Shown in pieces: positions 1 to 12,208 of a stretch of DNA of 64,000 nt. The DNA is from Squalus acanthias (Eukaryota). The position numbers and the translations under genes were made by a program. Each line of letters begins with the position of its first letter. Positions within the stretch are counted from its first letter, which is position 1. The notes under the pieces were generated by a model, which saw only the letters and a list, made by a program, of their open reading frames with translations, was not told the origin of the DNA and did not search any database. The stretch covers positions 73,906,001 through 73,970,000 of the forward strand of contig CM059432.1 of the NCBI GenBank assembly GCA_030390025.1, given 5' to 3'.

Positions 1-1356
1 GCATGGAAGTAGCTTAACAATTTAATGCTCTGCTGGGAACAGGTGATGAAAAAGTTTTCTGGTTTATGCAAGGTTGTCAAGATAAGTGTGCTCACACATA
101 ATTTAACAATGTTGCCTTATAAGGCATCTCAATGGCACTTTACAGTAAACTTGGTGCAGCGTAACATAGGGAGTATGCATTGCACTCTGGCAGCTGTTCA
201 TCAACTTTTCAAATGCAAAGTCATAACCATGGTTTATCAGGGCTGCTGATTGCTGTATTGCTGCGAGCACAATGAGTTTGTCCTGTTACCTGTGAAATCT
301 GGCAAGAAACAAAATCAAAGCACACTGCACAGACAAGGCACCTACATGCTGAATGTATACGCGCTCACATAAGGTGGCAACTGGTCAGGGCACTTGGGTG
401 ACTCATTGGACTGGATTTTCCTCCACTATGGAGTGGAGGGCAAAATTGGGCAATATGGCCTATCACTGCATTTCCACCCCAAGCTATATTCATTCCCTCT
501 GCCCCCGCTGGGATCAACATTGGTCACCCCTTCCCCACCTGCTGCATGGGAGGTGGTAGGCCCCCAGGTTCTCAGCAGATTTACGCTCCGCCCGCCCCTC
601 TTACCACTGCTCCCAGGACCGCGTGGAGAAACGTGGCTGCAGACTCGAGATAGCAGCAGAAAGGCCTGCTATTCTTTAAATGGAAGGAGAGGGCCCAATG
701 AAAACCACCTCTCCCTCCATTTCAATCCCCAACACAGACCTTTTGTAGGCCTCAGTGATGGCCGAGGTCTACAAAAACTGTGGTTTACTTCATCTTTGGG
801 GCTCTTCTGCCCTTTTAACTGCCCTTGCTCCATTCTCCGGTGCTGCACCTATCCAATTCTGTTTTAAAATTATTTATGGAATCAGATTCCACCACCTTTT
901 CAGGTAGAGCATTCCAGATCCCAACAACTCTCTAAGTGAAAAAATTTCTCCTCATCTCCCCTCTAGATCTTTTCCCAATGATTTTGAATCTATGACCTCC
1001 AGTTACTGACCCACTCACCTCTTCTCATAACTGAACTCCCTTATCCCTGCTAAACCTCCTCTGTACCCTTTCAAAGCCTTTACATCTTTCCTGAAGTGCA
1101 GTGCCCAGAATTGACCACAATACTCCAGCTGAGGCCTAACCAGTGATTTATAAAGTTCTCGCATGATCTCTGTGCTTGTATTTTATTCCTCTATTTATAA
1201 ACCCAAGTAACCCATATGCTTTTTTAAACACCTTATCAACTTGCTCTGCTACCTTTAAGGATTTTGTATATGGACACCAAGGTCTCTCTGCTCATTTACA
1301 CTTTTCAAAATCGTGCCATTTATAGTATACTGTCTTTCCATATTAGTCCACCCAAA

Positions 1357-2918
1357 GGTCGAAATTTTCTGGAGGTAGGCGGGGGGGGGCCTCTGTGGTG
1401 GGCGGGAAACCTGGGAGGCCGGGTTTCTCACAAGCCCTGCCGGCTTTAGTGGCAGGGCCTGATTTGAATGTGAAGCCTCGGATTCTCGTCCGCAGCCAGC
1501 CAGATTGAGAGGCTGGCTGGATGCGGGCGGGTAGGCTTCAGTTACATAGAGAGAGCGAGGGGTCGGTCTGGGGGAGGGACCACGGCGGGGGTCGGGGGGT
1601 GGTTGGGGAATGGCTGCCTCGGGGATCGCGGGAGGGGATGTCAGGGAACGGCTACCTCGGGGATCGCGGGAGGGGGTGTCGGGGAAAGGCTGCCTCGGGG
1701 ATCACGGGAGGGGGTGTCGGGGAACGGCTACCTCGGGGATCACGAAGGGGGTGTCGGGGAACGGCTACCTCGGGGATCATGAAGGGGGTGTCGGGGAACG
1801 GCTACCTCGGGGATCGCAGGAGGGGGTGTCGGGGAACGGCTACCTCGGGGATCGCGGGAGGGGGTGTCGGGGAACGGCTGCCTCGGGGATCACGAAGGGG
1901 GTGTCGGGGAACGGCTACCTCGGGGATCATGAAGGGGGTGTCGGGGAACGGCTACCTCGGGGATCGCGGGAGGGGGTGTCGGGGAACGGCTGCCTCGGGG
2001 ATCGCGGGAGGGGGTGTCGGGGAACGGCTGCCTCGGGGATCATGGGAGGGGGTGTCGGGGAACGGCTACCTCGGGGATCGCAGGAGGGGTGTCGGGGAAC
2101 GGCTACCTCGGGGATCGCGGGAGGGGGTGTCGGGGAACGGCTGCCTCGGGGATCACGGGAGGGGGTGTCGGGGAACGGCTACCTCGGGGATCATGAGGGG
2201 GGTGTCGGGGAACGGCTGCCTCGGGGATCATGAGGGGGGTGTCGGGGGTCGACCGGAGGATCGGTGATCGGCACGGAGGGTATTGGAGGATGGGTGGGGG
2301 TCAGCTGGAGATTGGGGGGATCGGCGGGGATGGGGGGGATCGTGAATTGGCGGGGGGGGCGTTGGCCGGGGATCGGGGGAATCGAGGATAGGCAGGGGCT
2401 ATCGGCCGGAGTATCGGCGGGGGGGGGAGAGAGAATCGGGGCTGGCCACCAGAGGATTGTGGCCAGTCTCAGCATCATCGGTGGGGTGCAGCGGGGAGGC
2501 CTCATGGTGGTGATCGGAGCCCTGGGAGGTGATTGGAGGCCTTGTGAGGGGGTCTCCGATCATGGGGGTGGGTATGGTCGGGACCCTGGATCCAGGAGGT
2601 AAGAATAAAGCCACTTACCTCCTGGATGCAACAGGCCCCAGCTCGGCTTAACTGCCGGGTTTCACGAATTATGTGAAACCCGTCCACAGGTAGTTAAATT
2701 CAAAATGGAGGTGAAAAAAAGCGGCTTCCAGCCTCATTACAATATTTAAATTAAGGTAATGTCCCCAGGCAGCGGATTGGCTGCCCGCCCCTGTCCTGCC
2801 TCCGGCAAAACTGGAAGTGGGTGGGTTGGAGGAGGGATCAGGTCGAGAATCCCATTTTTAATAATTTAACTGCCCTCACACTCCAAACCCACACGTTTTT
2901 TAGGAGAAAATTCCGACC
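1357..2918. mobile_element. Non-autonomous Harbinger-type MITE (MITE-1)
   Basis: TIRs GGTCGAAATTTTCT / AGAAAATTCCGACC (13/14 match), AAA duplicated at 1354-1356 and 2919-2921; no coding capacity. Confidence 0.9.
1605..2246 (+). repeat. G-rich minisatellite, 37-38 bp unit, about 17 copies, inside MITE-1
   Basis: Unit GGGGAACGGCTACCTCGGGGATCGCGGGAGGGGGTGTC with variants; explains the repetitive ORFs 1521..2267 and 1610..2233. Confidence 0.97.
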
Positions 2919-3639
2919 AAAGTTTTCACACTTCCCAACATTGAACTTCATCTGCCATGCTTCTGCCCATTTCACTCTCCTGTCTATGTCATCCTGAAGC
3001 CTATAACTATCCTCATCCCTATCTATTACATAGCCAAGTTTCCTATCATCTGCAAACTTTATAATGCTGCTGCCTACACCCGAGTCTAGGTCATTTATAA
3101 AAATTGAAAAGAGTAATGAAAACGGGCTGAAACCAATTTCTTGGCTCTTCTCTCCATCACACCTTGGCATCTCCCGATACGCCTCTTGTATCTTTTTTTC
3201 CTTCAAGCGCCTCACTCAATTTCATCACTTTCACTCTTCATTTAAAATCCATACTGTCCATCACCCAATGCTAACATCCTCCCCGACATGTCTTCTTTTC
3301 TCATCCAACTGACTCCTCATCTCAGTGATTTTGGCCAGAATTTTCACATTGCAGAGCGTGCGGGTCTGGGAGCGGATCGGCAGTTAAAAGCGCTGAAGTT
3401 GATGACGATGACGGCTGACTTCCGCATTTAACTGGAGCCCGTTTCGAAGCGTGCCACGGTCCTGCTCGGGAGAGGCGGGCGACCTTATTCAGGTAGTTAA
3501 CTGCTCAGTGAGGGACCCTTAACAGCCTTTTTAACGTGAGGTTTCAACTTTAACTGGTTGAGCACGGGATTCACGGACCTCGGGAAGCTCGCAGTGAAGG
3601 CAAGACGGGAACTCAGTGGCCATTGTAGATTGGTGGTTA

Positions 3640-3735
3640 GGATCAGATCAGCCATGATCTTATTGAATGGTGGAGCAGGTGCGAGGGGCCAATTGGCCTA
3701 CTCCTGCTCCTATTTCTTATGTTCTTATGTTCTTA
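3640..3735 (+). mobile_element. CR1 3' tail fragment inside Harbinger A
   Basis: GATCAGCCATGATCTTATTGAATGG...CCTACTCCTGCTCCTATTTCTTATGTTCTTATGTTCTT, the same tail as other CR1 copies in the window. Confidence 0.85.
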
Positions 3736-3803
3736 TTGTGCTACTTCATTAAGTGACTGCTGGAAAAAGCACATAAATACACACAGCTTACACTTGCTAC
3801 CAT

Positions 3804-4269
3804 GTCAGCTGTGGCTCAGTGGGTAGCACACTCGCCTCTGAGTCAAAAGGTTGTGGGTTCATAGTCCCATTCCAGGGACTTGAGCACATAAAGCTAGGCT
3901 GACACTCCAGTGCAGTGCTGAGGGAGTGCTGCACTGTTGGAGGTGCTGTCTTTTGGATGAGATGTTAAACCGAGGCCCCGTCTGCTCTCTCAGGTGGATG
4001 TAAAGATCCCATGGCACTATTTCGAAGAAGAACAGGGGAGTTATCCCTGGTGTCCTGGCCAATATTTATCCCTCAATTAACATAACAACAATAGATTATC
4101 AGGTCATTATCACATTGCTGTTTGTGGGAGCTTGCTGTGCGCAAATTGGCTGCTGCATTTCCCAGATTACAACAGTGACTACACTCCAAAAGTACTTAAT
4201 TGGCTATAAAGTGCTTTGAGACGTCCGGTGGTTGTGTTAGGCGCTATATAAATGCAAGTCTTTCTTTCT
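3804..4269 (+). mobile_element. tRNA-headed Deu-domain SINE (SacSINE1/AmnSINE-like), full length
   Basis: A-box TGGCTCAGTGGG, B-box-like GGTTCATAGTCC, Deu core CAGTGCAGTGCTGAGGGAGTGCTGCACTG...TAAACCGAGGCCCC, L2-like tail GGCGCTATATAAATGCAAGTCTTTCTTTC. Family recognised from memory. Confidence 0.88.
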
Positions 4270-4444
4270 AAGGGAAAGGCTGTTGCTGACACCATTTTAT
4301 ACAGAAATTTTGCTTTCAGGAGTTTGCAGGTGATTTCTGCAACCTCTGAATCCACTCTCACCAAATTGCAAGTCACTCTCAGTACATTGGAGGATTGTGT
4401 CTCTAATCTCCACTTTACCTGCCATCTATCAGATCAGCAAGGGT

Positions 4445-5669
4445 GCCGCTTACGCTGTTTCACCTTGGACCTCAGATTCAGACCAAGATGAGCCCCAGCA
4501 CCAACAACACCAGCCACACCAGCAGCAGCAGCAACAACACCAGCCACACCAGCAGCAGCAGCAACAACACCAGCAGCCATCTCCTCAACGACCTGATGCT
4601 CCACAGGAGAGAGGGGATCAGCACAGGGGTGCACTGTGCTGGAGGCGATACCCCCAACACAGGGTATACAGCCAGAGGATGCGCTTCCTGGACATGACTG
4701 AACAGCAGTGCTTCAGGAGGCTCAGGCTATCGTGGCAGACATTTGTAGTTTGCTGGAAGAATACCTGCTGCCCAGAGGACCTGGTGGACATGCCTTACCA
4801 GTGGCTGTCAAAGTCATCACCGCCCTCAACAATTCACCTCAGGCTCCTTCCAGGGATCTGCAGCAGACATTTGCAGGATTTCGCAGTCGGCCGCCCACAA
4901 AAGCATCACCTAGGTGACCAATGCCATGTTTCACAAGTCAGCCATTTCAATAAACTTTGCCACTGATGAAGGCAGTGTTACTGAGCAGGCACTTGGCTTT
5001 GTGGCTCTGGCTGGCTTCCCACAGGTGGAGGGTGTCATCGACTGCACACATGTGGCTAGCAAGGCACCCCCAGGTCACCCAGTAGTGTTCATGAACCGGA
5101 AGGGTCTCCACTCCCTCAATGTTAAAAAGATCATCATGCATGTGTGTGCCAGATTCCTAGGGAGCTGTCATGACTCTTTCATCCTGCGCCAGTCCAACCT
5201 CCCTCAGCTCTTCGCACCTCCAAACAGACTTACCAGCTAATTGCTTGGAGACAAGGGCTATCCACTGAAGATGTGGCTGATGATACCCTTGAGCAGGCCA
5301 AGCAATGAGGCCGAGGAGTGCTATAATGAAAACCACTTGTCAACCAGATGTGTCATAGAGCAAGAAATCGGCATGCTGAAGATGTGCTTCAGATGCCTTG
5401 ACAGATCTGGAGGAGCCCTTCAGTACACACCAGCCAGGGTCCCCAGAATCATCGTCATATGCTGCGCGCTGCTCAATATAGCACAGCAACGAGGATTGGA
5501 GCTACAGGAGGAGCAAGGCGCAGAGCGCACAGCCTCTTTGGAGAAGGAGGAGGAGGAACAGGTGGAATTCGAGGAGGAGGAGGAACCTGAGGTGGTGATG
5601 GCACCAGCAGCGGCGCACATTGCTGCCCGGAAGGCCTGGGATGGCCTTATAATGGCCCGATTTAGTTAA
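4445..5669 (+). pseudogene. Harbinger (HARBI1-like) DDE transposase, frameshifted/stopped
   Basis: Fragments [49 protein letters not shown] across several frames; N-terminal poly-Q and C-terminal poly-E. Confidence 0.93.
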
Positions 5670-5935
5670 GTTGCACCAGTCCACCCATCTGGCTCCCAGA
5701 TGCTGTACCAACTTCACCCCAGCCCCACCCCACCCCACCAACACCACAAAGCAGTCCTAAAATGACCAAACCATTCCTGTCAAACAAACACCCATTGCTC
5801 GAGGTTAAGTAATGTCTCACCATTCACTCCAAGTGACAAGGCCACTTCCCAGGTAGCAGGCAAAAATGGACAAGACGGGAAAGCAGTGCAAAGAAATAAA
5901 TTTACGTGCATCATAAGTAGAACTGAAACCTAACA

Positions 5936-7807
5936 CTAACATGGTGTACGTCCTCTGGGTTTTGGAGCTTGTGAGGGCCCCGTCAAAGACTGTTCCTCCT
6001 GCAACTGTGCAGGGGCAGACTCTGCCATCTGGATCCGGGGCAGCATGTGGGACTCTGCCTGAGGGGGAGGCAATGGGGGAGAAGTGGGAGCGCTTTGAGC
6101 AGAGCCCGCACTTCCATGTGCCCTCTCACCATTATCCCTCTCATGGGCCACCCGCAATTCCCTGCTAGCAAGGAGCTGGAGAGCACCTTGCTGCACATCA
6201 GTGGGTCAATGAACGCCCAAGTCTACATTGCTATCTGTTCTAGAGATGAGGTCAATAAGAATCTGCAATCTATTGTTCACAGCAAGCATGTTCTCGTTTG
6301 ACTGGTGCATTTTCTGCTCCATGCAGGTGGCCAACCTTTCCATGGAACAGCTCATCGTCGCCATCGCCTGCGAGATGGTGGTGCTCATGTTGGAGATGGA
6401 CTCCTCCATTCTGTGTACAATCGTGCACATCACGGCTGAAAAAGCTGCCTGTGCCTCACGCATTTGTTGCTGCTCCTCCAAGATCAAGCTCTTTGTTGAC
6501 AGCCCCCGAGGTTCAGCATCTGCATGCAGCTCAGCAGAGCTTGGAGTGTCCTGCGCCCTCCGGCGAGGAGTCTCCACTGCTGTCCCTGTCAACACCATCT
6601 GCTCTTGTTCACTTGTGATGTGTGAGACACCAGGTGACAACACTACTCTGTCTTGCAGGACCCACCAACATAAGTGTATCTGCGCTGGAGCTGGGTGTGC
6701 TTGGGCCTGGTGACAGTGCACCCACAGAGAATGGAGCTTCCTCTGAGGAGTCGTCTTCCTCCTCCAGCTGGACAGTGGGGGGGTGGGGGGGGTGGGGTGG
6801 GCAACTGATGATCCTGTGGGAGAGTAAAGACATGAATTAGATCTCTTATGATAAGAATGTGTAACGTTACCATTATGCCATGATGATATTTCACTGGCTG
6901 CTGACATCAGTCACCATGAGTGACTGTTGTATGCCATGTGGGATATTTCATTCTGTCACTAGGTTGCTGGGAGGTCCTCCTCTCTCTGTCTCCCACCACC
7001 AGCAGTTTTTTCACTCCACTTATTTCGAGAGCATCCTCCTCTGCTGGAGTCAAATTAGTATATATTGGAGGGCCACCTCCAGTTCTTTCTCTTTCTCTCC
7101 TATTCTGCGCTCTCTTCTCCTGCAAGGAGGGAAAGAAGAGAACTTTGAGTGAGAGTGATAGAATGAGTGTAAGGGATGTATGGGCTACATCTGTAGAGGG
7201 TGTCTATGAGGGAGTGGCATGACAGTGCCAAATGGCTTCCTTCCTACACTACAACAGTGACTACACTTCAAAAAAGTTCTTCATTTGCTGTAAAGCGCTT
7301 TGGGCGTCTGGTGGTCATGAAAGGCGCTACAAGTCTTTCTTTCTTTTCTTTCTTCTGTGGCGTTACTTTGTAGGTTTGCATTAGGCTGAGGGTGAGTGTC
7401 AGTGGTGGTTAGTCAGGTGGGGATGTGAGTAGGTGCATAGACAGTGAGAGATGGGTGCACCTGCAAAGTAGGTTGGTGTGAGGAGTGATGTGCAGGAGTA
7501 GGCTTGGGAAGGCAGAGTGATGGAGTTGGGGTGATATCAGGTTGTAGTTGAGTGTGGCATTGCACTCACCTTTCCTGACCTCATGAGATCATTATACCTC
7601 TTGCGGCTGACAACACCCCTGCTGCTCACTACTTGTGCGATCTCCAGCCATGTCCTCTTGGTTTCACTGGCTGCTCTCTTCCTGCTGCTACCAGGGAATA
7701 GGACCTCCCTCCGTGCTCTGACTCCCTGGACCAGAACTTCCAGGGACCAGAACTTCCAGGGAGGTATCCGAGAACCTGGGTGCAGCCTTCTGGCACTGTG
7801 ACTCCAT
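5936..7807 (-). pseudogene. Three-exon Myb/SANT-like partner gene of Harbinger A (exons about 7807-7570, 7119-6960, 6813-5936), disrupted
   Basis: APRFSDTSLEVLV..GVRARREVLFP..WLEIAQVV..RYNDL; AAG|GTGAG donor, TTGCAG and CCACAG acceptors; exon 2 RERERTGGGPP. Confidence 0.88.
7225..7352 (+). mobile_element. 3' fragment of the Deu-domain SINE
   Basis: ACAACAGTGACTACACTTCAAAA...TAAAGCGCTTTGGG...AAGGCGCTA, similar to 4140-4269. Confidence 0.85.
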
Positions 7808-9594
7808 TTTTGCTTGCACCCACACGAAAGTCTTCGATATATAACAAAAGCCACCTCTCCCAACCACCTGTGAGCCTCCTCCAACAACCTTTAACTGGGA
7901 TGTGTGCAAGGCTCCTTTAAATATCTGAGTTGAAAGCGAGTCATCGGTGACGTCGTCAGACCCACTCCATTTAATTGTCTGGGAAAACCGCATGACTGTT
8001 TCAATTGATCCAATTCAGTTAAACGCGGGATGGCGACCCGCTAAGGCCCCCACGTACCTGCCCCGACTCTAAGGTGAAAATTCTGGCCTTCAGTTTTCAC
8101 CTCAATTCCTCTTGCCCTCTTCCTCCAAATTCACCACCCTCCTGTCCTCTCTGTTTCAGCCTCCATATGAACTTTCCCACTGATATCCTTGGCCACCCCC
8201 TTGACTTCACCATCTCTCATGGCCTCTCGGCACCCATGACCTCAATTATGAACAAGCTATCTTCGATCACTTCTTCGTCTCCCTTACCATCCAGATCCCA
8301 CTACCCTCCTCCAATCCCACTAATGACACCATCCTCTCACAGAAAAAAAAATCCCCCAGGTCATTTACAACCACATTCTCAGATTCCCAAAGCCCTCGGC
8401 TTTTATCCTCTACTTGTGTTGACACCTCTGCAGCTGTTGATTTGCGTAATTATTTACTAACCTCTCTATTCAATGCTCTTCTTCCCACCCTGTCATTTCC
8501 CCCAGTGCAGCCCTATCTTCACTGCCTAAAGACTGGCTTGACCACATCAAGCACTACCATGCTTCACTCTCCTCAGTGAGAGCCACCTACTATTCCAGGG
8601 CCCTAAAATTCCAATCGGAAGTGAAGGCAGAAGTCTGATGGATCACCCGTGGACGGCTGCAATTTGGGACAGAAGCAGATCAGTCCTTCACTCTGTGTAA
8701 AAAATTGGCCCAAATTCCAGAGAGATGGGGGGATTCCTCTGTCCTTCCACGCCCTAGTTGAGGGCATATCTGGGCGTGTTTCAAGGCTAGCCCAGGAATT
8801 TTGGCCAGCATGCCCTCTCAAGGTCAAGTGGCACCTATGCGAAAAGAAATTGATTACCATAAAATTACTGGCTATTTTTCTTAAATTCTGAGTTTCAGAG
8901 GTGTCTTGGTCCATTGTATCTGACTGCCTGCATCCAGTTTTATAAATTTAAAAGTGCATGCAGACTTTTCTTCCAAGCTGTAGACAGGCTCTAAAACCCA
9001 AGACTATGTAGTGAAGACCTTCATTCTGATCAGGATTGCTGCCATATGGTAAATAAGCTTTCTCTTTATTTAATTATCAGTGATAGCAATGGCTCCAATG
9101 TACAGAATACAAATGATAGTCACAGTGTCCACAGGCAAGTACAAACAAAACAAATAATATTGAAGCCATTATACCAGGCATGAACAGATCAATTCAGGGT
9201 CACAAGGGACGTCAGATTAATGTGCTACTGCTTACATATATTTATTTATTAGTATTAAGCTACTACATTCATTTGTACTATAAAAATATTACCAGCTCAT
9301 AACTTTTCTACTAACCTGGATGTTGGGAATCTGTGACAGTTCCTTTTATCCGCTGAATCTTTGTTTTGAAGAGTTCACTAAAATCTAACAATGAAAAGGC
9401 CTCAGACCAGTTTTCATTGAAAGTGGTGCAATACTATATCAGTGTCATATTTATTGGACTGTGTCTTTAAAAAGAAAATTAAATTTGTGTCTACCATATT
9501 CGTTCCTCTGTTGGTCTACCCAACTACCATTTGTGTAGGATCACTCAAAATATCTACAATATTGTTTAATCTGGAAACATCCAGATGATAGAAG

Positions 9595-9895
9595 GTAAGG
9601 TAGCACAGTAGCTATGGTACTGGATTAGTGCATCAGAGGTCATGAGTTGAAATCCTATTCTGGCAAATTGTAAAATTGAATTAACAAAGCAGAAAAATAA
9701 CCATGAAAGCTGCTGGATTGTTGTAAAAACCTGACTGGTTCACAATTACCTTTCAGGGAGAGACCTCGCACCTCTACCTGATCTGGTCTACATGTGACAC
9801 TAGTGCCTGACTATGTGGTTGACTCATAATGCCCTCAGGACAACTTGGGATGGGCAATAAATACTGCCTTGCCCAAATCCCAAGAACAAATATAA
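9595..9895 (+). mobile_element. Decayed SINE, second family; its 3' tail resembles the LINE at 10228-11408
   Basis: tRNA-like head, ACCATGAAAGCTGCT..., tail GGGATGGGCAATAAATACTG...CCCAAGAACAAAT; a second copy lies at 19365-19670. Confidence 0.7.
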
Positions 9896-10022
9896 CAAAA
9901 TACATGACACTTCAATGTAGTGTAATATTATCCAAGTTAACTGGGTACAGTTGGTAGAAAATGCTGGCTTTTTACTTAGGATGTCTACCATACTAATGAG
10001 AAAAGAACCCTTCTTCTTGCAG

Positions 10023-10120
10023 CTCCTCGATATAACCATTCAGAGTTCCTTCAAGCAGCTGGTGTGCCAACAAGTCCAGTGAAAGATCTTTCAAATGATG
10101 AGTTTTCCCAAAGCTTTCAA
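10023..10120 (+). CDS. Candidate host-gene exon (98 nt), xPRYNHSEFLQAAGVPTSPVKDLSNDEFSQSFQ
   Basis: TACTAAT branch-like motif, CTTCTTCTTGCAG acceptor, CAA|GTCAGT donor, open frame, non-repeat context. Protein not recognised. Confidence 0.3.
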
Positions 10121-10227
10121 GTCAGTCCTCTATAAATTCTATAAACAGAATTATTATGGGAACGGTAGCACAGTAGTTACTGGGCTAGTAATCCAGAGGC
10201 CTGGACTAATAATCCATAATTATTCAT

Positions 10228-11408
10228 TTTTTATGGGATGTGGGCGTCGCTGGCAAGGCCAGCATTTATTGACCATCCCTAATTGCCTTTGAAAAGGTGG
10301 TGGTGAGCCGCCTTCTTGAACTGCTGCAGTCCATGTGGTGAAGGTACTCCCACAGTGCTGTTAGGTAGGGAGTTCCAGGATTTTGACCCAGCGACGATGA
10401 AGGATCGGCGATATACTTCTAAGCTAGGATGGTGTGTGACTTGGAGGGGAACTTGGAGGTGATGGTGTTCCCATGTGCCTGCTGCCCTTTTCCTTCTAGT
10501 TGGAAGAGGTCGCGGGTTTGGGAGGTGCTGCCGAAGAAGCCTTGGCGAGTTGCTACAGTGCATCTTATAGATGGTACACACTGCAGCCACGGTACGCTGG
10601 TGGTGGAGGGAGTGAATGTTTAAGGTGGTAGATGGGGTGCCAATCAAGCGGGCTGCTTTGTCCTGGATGGTGTCAAGCTTCTTGAGTGTTGTTGGAGCTG
10701 CACTCATCCAGGCAAGTGGAGAGTATCCCATCACACTCCTTACTTGTGCCTTATAGATAGTAGAATGGCTTTGGGGAGTCAGGAGGTGAGACACTCACTG
10801 CAGAATACCCAGCCTCTGACCTGCTCTTGTTGCCACAGTATTTATGTGGCTGGTCCAGTTAAGTTTCTGGTCAATGGTGATCCCCAGGATGTTGATGGTG
10901 GGGGATTCGGCGATGGTAATACCATTGAATGTCAAGGGGCGGTGGTTAGACCCTCGCTTGTTGGAGATAGTCATTGCCTGGCACTTCTGTGGCGCGAATG
11001 TTACCTGGCACTTATCAGCCCAAGCCTGAATGTCGTCCAGGTCTTGTTGCATGCGGGCATGGAGTGCTTCATTATCTGAGGAGTTGTGAATGGCGCTGAA
11101 CACTGTGCAGGATTCAGCGAACATCCCCATTTCTGACCTTATGTTGGAGGGAAGGTCATTGATGAAGCAGCTGAAGATGGTTGGGCCTAGGATACTGCCC
11201 TGCGGAACTCCTGCAGCGATGTCCTGGGGCTGTGATGATTGACCTCCAACAACCACAGCCATCTTCCTTTGTGCTAGGTATGACTCCAGCCAGTGGAGAG
11301 TTTTTCCCTTGATTCCCATTGACTTCAATTTTACTAGGGCTCCTTGATGCCACACTCGGTCAAATGCTGCCTTGATGTCAAGGGCAGTCATTCTCACCTC
11401 ACCTCTGG
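10228..11408 (-). mobile_element. 5'-truncated non-LTR retrotransposon (CR1/L2-group RT), 3' end present
   Basis: ALDIKAAFDRVWHQG, GVPQGSILGPTIFSCFINDL, IYKAQVRSVMGYS, WNSLP in ORFs 10795..11397 and 10279..10794. Confidence 0.93.
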
Positions 11409-12208
11409 AGCAGTAGAACTTCTATCCGCCCCAAAATGGTCCCTGATATTAGTGGGCGCGCAGTCGAAGGAAGGGAATTTGCATTCCGGGAATTTCATCA
11501 GCCCCACCACTGAGCAATCTGAGGGCTGGGATGAACCCGGTGCACAGGTCGGTGTAAGTGTTGCCCACCTAGGCATCCAGCCCTGAGTCCTGGCCTGGAC
11601 TTCCATACAAATGTCGCCTCCATAATTGGGCAGTTTGAAAAACATTCCCTGGCCAGGGAAGCCAACTGTAGCACTAGTGACTTGCCAGTGCCACTTTTCC
11701 CATGCCCCATTCTCTGGCAAGTGCCCTAGATGCACCCACAGTGGTGCAGGTACCAGCAGCTGGTATTTAAATTATGTGACCTCACCATGACCGTAGATAC
11801 TCTGATGTGGTCAGATGATGAGGTCATTGGCGCCTGCTTCGCCACACCTCTTCTAGTGGAACAGGACCAAGGAACTTTGGCCTCCTTGTTATGTTTAGGA
11901 TGCTGAACTAACTGCCAACCAATTCATACGCAACAGCAAATGTCCTATAGCTAACTAAAGCTAGAGAAAATAATACTCAATAATTGTTTTTGCTGTTTCA
12001 GAGCAGCCCAGATGCAATCCCTGTTTGAATGGATGAACATGCCAGATGATTATCTTTGGATTGGACTGGAAAATAAATATTGCTCAATGTTGCCTATATT
12101 AAATCTTACTGCATCCAGTACATCTATCCTAGTGGTAAAGATTTATCTAATTATCTGGACTGCGCTGTGCATATGAAAGGATACTAGATGCTATTTCCAT
12201 GTACTTTA

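Larger units (their letters stand above)
870..3115 (-). mobile_element. CR1-type LINE fragment (RT C-terminal region), split by the MITE at 1357-2918
   Basis: ORF 2838..3215(-) has LFSIFINDLDSGVGSSIIKFADDRKL...LQDDIDR..KWAEAWQMKFNVGKC; CR1-like sequence resumes on the other side of the MITE (870-1356). Confidence 0.85.
3333..8088 (+). mobile_element. PIF/Harbinger transposon A (full-length, decayed)
   Basis: Perfect 15-bp TIR GGCCAGAATTTTCAC / GTGAAAATTCTGGCC; flanks TTT/TTC; transposase on +, Myb-like gene on -. Confidence 0.93.
3120..8595 (+). mobile_element. Decayed L2 LINE endonuclease region (3120-3332 and 8089-8595), split by Harbinger A
   Basis: Reads LLIxxDF across the insertion site; GHPLDFTISHGLS (APE-domain GHTLDL-like motif) at about 8190. 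Confidence 0.65.

Noticed and set aside
394..867. 157-aa ORF
   Set aside because: Non-ATG start and no motifs; the region looks like decayed MITE-like sequence.
1521..2267. G/R-rich ORFs, or a CRISPR-like array of ~38-bp units
   Set aside because: Head-to-tail minisatellite with no unique spacers and no cas genes; the ORFs are repeat artefacts.
3804..3880. tRNA gene
   Set aside because: It is the tRNA-derived head of a SINE.
8598..8806. Small MITE with GGCCCTAAAATTCC / GGAATTTTGGCC ends
   Set aside because: Imperfect TIR and ambiguous TSD; plausible but not supportable.
9994..10138. Minus-strand reading EFIED*LESFGK...GFFSH as a selenoprotein exon
   Set aside because: In-frame TGA with no SECIS evidence or recognisable family; the plus-strand reading has better splice signals.
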